From assembly GCF_021568775.1 (NCBI RefSeq), contig NZ_JAKGSG010000025.1, positions 132,751 to 156,750 of the forward strand: a stretch of 24,000 nucleotides of DNA. Direction: 5' to 3'. Positions 19,996 through 24,000 of the stretch are shown here, piece after piece. This stretch comes from Antribacter soli (GTDB taxonomy: Bacteria; Actinomycetota; Actinomycetes; Actinomycetales; Cellulomonadaceae). Within the stretch, counting starts at the first letter, position 1; every line of letters begins with the position of its first letter. A model generated the notes under the pieces. That model made no database searches and was not told the DNA's origin. It was given only the letters and a program-made list of their open reading frames with translations. The translations under genes and the position numbers were made by a program.

Positions 19996-20923
19996 CGGTC
20001 TCCAGCGGGGGCAGCGTGATGCCGCTGGTCTGCGTCGAGGGGGCGAAGGTCGACGCCCACGCCTCCGCGATCTCCTCGGCAGGCCACCCGCCCTCGCGGT
20101 AGGTGACGGCGAGCTCCTCGGAGTACGAGTACAGCGAGAGCTTGTCGCCGCCGACGCCGATCGCCTGGCCGGTGACCTCGGCGCTGCTGTCCGAGGCGAG
20201 CCACACGATCAGCGGCGCCACGTCCTCCGGGCCGCCGAGCGCGTGCTCCTGGCGCACGACCCGCGGCAGGGACTCGCCGCGCTGGTACGCCTCGGCGACC
20301 TCCTTGTACACGGGGATGGTCGCGGTCATGGCCGTGATCGCCGTCGGGATCACGGCGTTGACCGTCACCCGCGCGCGCGCCAGCTCCAGCGACCACGTGC
20401 GGGCCATCGCGATGATGCCCGCCTTGGCCGCCGCATAGCTCGTCTGGCCGAAGTTCCCGTGCTGCCCGGCCGGCGAGCCGACGACGACGATCCGGCCGCC
20501 CTCGGCCTGGTCGCGCAGGCGGATCGCGGCCGCGCGCACCGTGGTGAACGTACCGCGCAGGTGCGTGTCGACGACGAGGTCGAAGTCGGCGTCCTCCATC
20601 TTCCAGAGCACCCGGTCGCGGATCACCCCGGCGTTGGCCACGAGGATGTCGAGCCGGCCGAACTCCTCGACCGCGGTCCGCACGAGCAGGTCGGCGGTGC
20701 TCGACGGGCCTACGGGGGCGACGACGGCGGCCGCCGTACCGCCCGCTTCCGTGATCTCCCGCACGGCCCGCGCGGCCGCGGCGCCGTCGACGTCGTTGAC
20801 CACGACCTGCGCGCCGGCCTCGGCGAGCGCCTTCGCGTAGGCCAGGCCCAGCCCCTGCCCGCTGCCGGTGACGATCGCCACCTTGCCGGTCAGGTCGATC
20901 TGCGTGCTCGGCTGCTGGTTCAT
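19979..20923 (-). CDS. SDR-family dehydrogenase resembling the (R)-3-hydroxyacyl-CoA dehydrogenase module of MFE-2 / Hsd4A
   Basis: TGSGQGLG cofactor motif, the VVVND signature seen in MFE-2-type dehydrogenases, NAG, and catalytic YAAAK. The ATG overlaps the MaoC stop (ATGA at 20920-20923). Confidence 0.82.
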   Translation of the reverse strand: MNQQPSTQIDLTGKVAIVTGSGQGLGLAYAKALAEAGAQVVVNDVDGAAAARAVREITEAGGTAAAVVAPVGPSSTADLLVRTAVEEFGRLDILVANAGVIRDRVLWKMEDADFDLVVDTHLRGTFTTVRAAAIRLRDQAEGGRIVVVGSPAGQHGNFGQTSYAAAKAGIIAMARTWSLELARARVTVNAVIPTAITAMTATIPVYKEVAEAYQRGESLPRVVRQEHALGGPEDVAPLIVWLASDSSAEVTGQAIGVGGDKLSLYSYSEELAVTYREGGWPAEEIAEAWASTFAPSTQTSGITLPPLETDALAP

Positions 20924-21399
20924 CCGTAGTACCTCACGATCATCACGGCGACGGCGGCGGGCTTGGTCTGGTCCTCCACCTCGAAGGTGTTCTCGAACAC
21001 GACCTGGTACCCGCCGGGCACGTCGGCGACCTCGCGCAGCGTGGACGCCACGCGGATCCGCGCGCCGACGCGCACCGGGGCCGGGAAGCGCAGGCGGTCC
21101 AGGCCGTAGTTGATGCCGGTCGCGACGCCGGTGACCTCGAGGATCTCCGCCATGAGCGGCACGACGAGGCTCAGCGTGAAGTAGCCGTGCACGATCGTCC
21201 CGCCGAAGGGCGTCCCCGCGGCGAACTCGGCGTCGAGGTGCACAGGGTTGTGGTCGCCGGTGAGGTCGGCGAAGCGGTCGACCTCCTCCTGGGTGATCGT
21301 GCGCCACGCGGACGGGCCGAACACCGTCCCGACGTACTGGGGCAGGTCGGCCAGGGCCACGGTCGTAGGTGCTGTGGGCGTGGTCGGTGCTGATGTCAT
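20920..21399 (-). CDS. MaoC-like (R)-specific enoyl-CoA hydratase (hydratase 2, hotdog fold)
   Basis: Hydratase-2 motif ADLTGDHNPVHLDAEFAA. The protein is 159 aa. Confidence 0.85.
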   Translation of the reverse strand: MTSAPTTPTAPTTVALADLPQYVGTVFGPSAWRTITQEEVDRFADLTGDHNPVHLDAEFAAGTPFGGTIVHGYFTLSLVVPLMAEILEVTGVATGINYGLDRLRFPAPVRVGARIRVASTLREVADVPGGYQVVFENTFEVEDQTKPAAVAVMIVRYYG

Positions 21400-21437
21400 C
21401 GGCTCGCTCGCAATCGGGGTGGGTGGATCAGTCAGGT

Positions 21438-21455
21438 GGGTGGGGTGGGGTTGGG
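21438..21455 (+). other. Canonical G-quadruplex motif GGG-T-GGGG-T-GGGG-TT-GGG on the plus strand (C-rich in the operon mRNA)
   Basis: Read directly within the 64-nt thiolase-MaoC spacer. A direct repeat GGTGGGTGG occurs at 21418-21426 and 21435-21443. Confidence 0.6.
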
Positions 21456-21463
21456 TGAGGTGG

Positions 21464-22654
21464 CTATCCGTCGACGCGGACGACGACGGCCCCGGCGGAG
21501 TCGCCCGCCGCGCACCCCGTGAACAGGCCGATGCCGCCGCCGCGCGCGTGCAGCGCGTAGATGAGCTCGGTGATCGCCCGGGCGCCGGTCGGACCCTGCG
21601 GGTGCCCGTAGACGAGCGAGGACCCGTACGGGTTCATCCGCTCCAGCGAGTAGCCCATCTGGTCGGCGAACCAGAGGTCGTTCACCGCGAACGGGTTGTG
21701 CGTGGTGACGACGTCGACGTCGGACATCTCGATCCCGGCGTCCGCGAGCGCCACGCGGGCGGCCGCGACGGGGGCCTTGGGCATGTACGCGGGCTCGGCG
21801 CGGCCGAACCCGGTGGCCAGGATCTGTGCGGTGATGCCGTCCTGCCCGATCTCGCGGGCCCGGTCGGCCGTCGCGACGACGACGCCGGCGCAGCCGTCGG
21901 CCGGGTGGGTCTGCGCCCCGTAGGTGACCACTCCCCCGGGCTTGACGGGTGACAGCTTGGCCAGGCCCTCGGCGGTGGTCGGGAAGACGCCGTGGTCCTC
22001 CTCGACCCAGTCCTCGCCCTTCCTGCGCGGGACGCGCACGGGCACCATGTACCTGCGCTGGATGGCACGGTCGTCGGCGAGCGCGCTCACGTACTGCTCG
22101 TAGCGCATCAGCGCCACCTCGTCGACCTGCTCGCGCGTGTAGCCGCCGTCGACGGCGGTGTTCTCCGCGGTGTCGTTCATGCTCTGGCCGGTGGTCGGGT
22201 CGAGCTTCATGGGGTCGAGCACCCAGTGCTCGGCCAGCGGAGCGCCGCCGGTGCTGCGCTGGCTGGAGTAGAGCATGAGCGGGCCGTTGCTGGTCCGGTC
22301 GGTGATGACGCCGATCGTCGTGGCGTGCGCGCCGAGCTCGACCTGGGTGGCCAGGTGCTCCACGACCACCGCCGACGTCGCGCAGGCCCGCGAGAGCCAC
22401 GGCCCGCCGTACTGGCCCGCGCCCAGGCGGCGGGACACGAGGGTCACGCCGTAGAACCCGTACTGCTGGGGCACGGTGCAGCCGAGCGTCCACTCGGTGA
22501 TCTCCTCGGGCGGCAGCCCGCGGGCCTCCAGCGCCCGGCCGGTGACGTCGACCGCCATGTCGAGGCTGTTCACCTCCGCCAGGGGGCCCTGCCACTTGGC
22601 GAACGGCGAGGTCCAGCTCAGGCCGAAGGGGATGTGCGCGTCGCGAAACTTCAT
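21464..22654 (-). CDS. Thiolase-family protein (3-ketoacyl-CoA thiolase-like)
   Basis: ATG 22654 overlaps the ligase stop (ATGA). It has a nucleophile-Cys region LSRACATSAVVV and the C-terminal thiolase motifs NPYGSSLVYGHPQGPTGAR and GLFTGCAAGDSAGAVVV. The upstream 360 aa of the raw 756-aa ORF are out-of-frame shadow and are rejected. Confidence 0.85.
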   Translation of the reverse strand: MKFRDAHIPFGLSWTSPFAKWQGPLAEVNSLDMAVDVTGRALEARGLPPEEITEWTLGCTVPQQYGFYGVTLVSRRLGAGQYGGPWLSRACATSAVVVEHLATQVELGAHATTIGVITDRTSNGPLMLYSSQRSTGGAPLAEHWVLDPMKLDPTTGQSMNDTAENTAVDGGYTREQVDEVALMRYEQYVSALADDRAIQRRYMVPVRVPRRKGEDWVEEDHGVFPTTAEGLAKLSPVKPGGVVTYGAQTHPADGCAGVVVATADRAREIGQDGITAQILATGFGRAEPAYMPKAPVAAARVALADAGIEMSDVDVVTTHNPFAVNDLWFADQMGYSLERMNPYGSSLVYGHPQGPTGARAITELIYALHARGGGIGLFTGCAAGDSAGAVVVRVDG

Positions 22655-24000
22655 GAGTGCTGACCTGCCTCGAGATCGGGGACCTGGGCGCGCAGGGCGC
22701 GCATGCTGAGCTTTCCGCTGGGGCTCCGGTCGAGGGCGTCGACGAAGAAGACCTTGCGCGGCTTCTTGTAGCCGGCGAGCCGCCGTCCGACCTCGTCCTG
22801 GACCTCCGCCGCGGTGAGGGGCGATCCGGGCACGGTGACGACGTACGCGGTGACGACCTCGCCGTACAGGGGGTCGGGCGAGCCGAAGACGACCGCGTCG
22901 GTCACGTCCGGGATCTCGAGCAGGGCGGACTCGACCTCGCCGGGGAAGACCTTCTCCCCGCCCGTGTTGACCACCCCCGACCCGCGGCCGAGCAGCTCGA
23001 CGAACCCGTCGCCGAGGACCCGGACGTAGTCCCCGGGCATGACGTACCGGACGCCGTTGATGGTCGGGTAGGACTGCGCGGTCTTCTCCGGGTCGCCGTC
23101 GTAGCCGAGCGGCATCGCCCCGCGGTAGGCCAGGACCCCGGTGGCCCCCGGGACGTCCTGGACCTCGCGCAGCTCGGCGTCGAACACGACGGTGCCGGGG
23201 GCGAGCCGCGGCCTGCACGGGATGTCCTGCGGTCCTTCGACCACCCCGTAGGCGAACGGGCCGCCCTCGCTCGAGCCGAAGATGTCGACCAGCGTCGACC
23301 CGGGCGCGTGGGCGATGAGCCGCAGCTTGAGCTCGTCGGACCACGCCATCCCCGAGCTGAGCACGGTCGTGAGGCTCGACACGTCGAGCCCGGCTCCCTC
23401 GGGAGAGTCGAGCACGTCGACGAGCGGTCCGACGACGGCGTTGCCGGCCACGATCAGCCGGGTCACGCCCTGCTCGTGGATGGTCCGGGCGGCGGCGAGC
23501 GCGTCGTAGCGAGCGGACGGCAGGAAGATGACCGATCCGCCGAGGACGAGCGTGTTCATCACGTTGAACAGCGCCATCGCGTGCATGAGCGGGGTGAGGG
23601 GCAACGTCACGGTGGGCGGGAGGTCCGTCCGTGCGGCGATGCGCGTCACCTCGTCCAGGTCGGTGGGGACGTCGACGGGCAGCGAGCCGTAGATCGAGAA
23701 GAGCTGGCTGTCGAACAGGTTGCCGTGGGTCCACACGACGGCCTTGGGGGTGCCCGTCGTGCCGCCGGTGAACATGAAGATCTGGTGGTCCGGCGACAGC
23801 GGCTGCGGGTCGAGCGGCTCGGCGTCGAGCGCCGTGGCGAAGGGCCGTCCGGGCTCGGTGGGGCCGTCGTCGTCGGGCACGGCGAGCACGAGGTCCGGCA
23901 GCGGGACGTGCGCGGCGGCGTCGCGTACGTGCTGCCCGAGGCTCGTCGGGTGGACGAGGGCGTCGGCCCGCGAGGCGCGCAGCAGGGCGGCGAGCTCGCC
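22651..24000 (-). CDS. AMP-dependent acyl-CoA synthetase/ligase (5' end truncated by the window edge)
   Basis: AMP-binding motif FTGGTTGTPKAVVWTH, TGGEKVFPGEVE, and the C-terminal lysine region SPSGKL. The frame stays open and family-like up to nt 24000 (…ELAALLRASRADALVHPTSLGQHV…). Confidence 0.88.
   Translation of the reverse strand, partial: GELAALLRASRADALVHPTSLGQHVRDAAAHVPLPDLVLAVPDDDGPTEPGRPFATALDAEPLDPQPLSPDHQIFMFTGGTTGTPKAVVWTHGNLFDSQLFSIYGSLPVDVPTDLDEVTRIAARTDLPPTVTLPLTPLMHAMALFNVMNTLVLGGSVIFLPSARYDALAAARTIHEQGVTRLIVAGNAVVGPLVDVLDSPEGAGLDVSSLTTVLSSGMAWSDELKLRLIAHAPGSTLVDIFGSSEGGPFAYGVVEGPQDIPCRPRLAPGTVVFDAELREVQDVPGATGVLAYRGAMPLGYDGDPEKTAQSYPTINGVRYVMPGDYVRVLGDGFVELLGRGSGVVNTGGEKVFPGEVESALLEIPDVTDAVVFGSPDPLYGEVVTAYVVTVPGSPLTAAEVQDEVGRRLAGYKKPRKVFFVDALDRSPSGKLSMRALRAQVPDLEAGQHS

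Noticed and set aside
22655-23734. Upstream 360 aa of the 756-aa ORF ending at 21464 (apparent giant thiolase)
   Set aside because: This part overlaps the acyl-CoA ligase in another frame and is Arg/Pro-rich nonsense. Thiolase-like sequence starts at ATG 22654, which forms an ATGA junction with the ligase stop.

Overview
Very GC-rich, gene-dense chromosomal DNA. Codon third positions are almost all G/C, and the protein families look like a high-GC Actinomycetota genome, perhaps a Micrococcales-type plant-biomass degrader, though that taxon guess is inference only. I found no rRNA, tRNA or CRISPR array and no recognisable defence system. Left to right: (1) an IS481-family insertion sequence whose transposase frame is broken once; (2) an orphan secreted protein; (3) a minus-strand sugar-uptake operon (lipoprotein binding protein, permease, single-domain ATPase, PfkB kinase), with a divergent LacI regulator and a perfect palindromic operator; (4) a second orphan secreted Cys-containing protein; (5) a ~430-bp non-coding stretch holding a conspicuous AT-rich island with a tandem repeat and a palindrome; (6) an APC-family permease and a GH2 beta-galactosidase; (7) a MarR/DUF2231 two-gene operon; (8) a long minus-strand catabolic block around a PaaX-family regulator. 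Operon A of that block is FAH-family hydrolase, ADP-forming acyl-CoA synthetase, class-A flavin monooxygenase and HSL-family esterase. Operon B is AMP-forming acyl-CoA ligase (cut by the window end), thiolase, MaoC hydratase, MFE-2-type SDR dehydrogenase and 4HBT-type thioesterase. The most system-like candidate for something not yet described is this PaaX-centred pair of CoA-dependent operons. The oddest raw-sequence signals are the AT-rich island at 7700-7795, an A8G9 homopolymer at 13397-13413 inside the esterase 3' end, and a G-quadruplex-type spacer inside operon B. All functional calls come from reading the translations for family motifs. No database search was possible.
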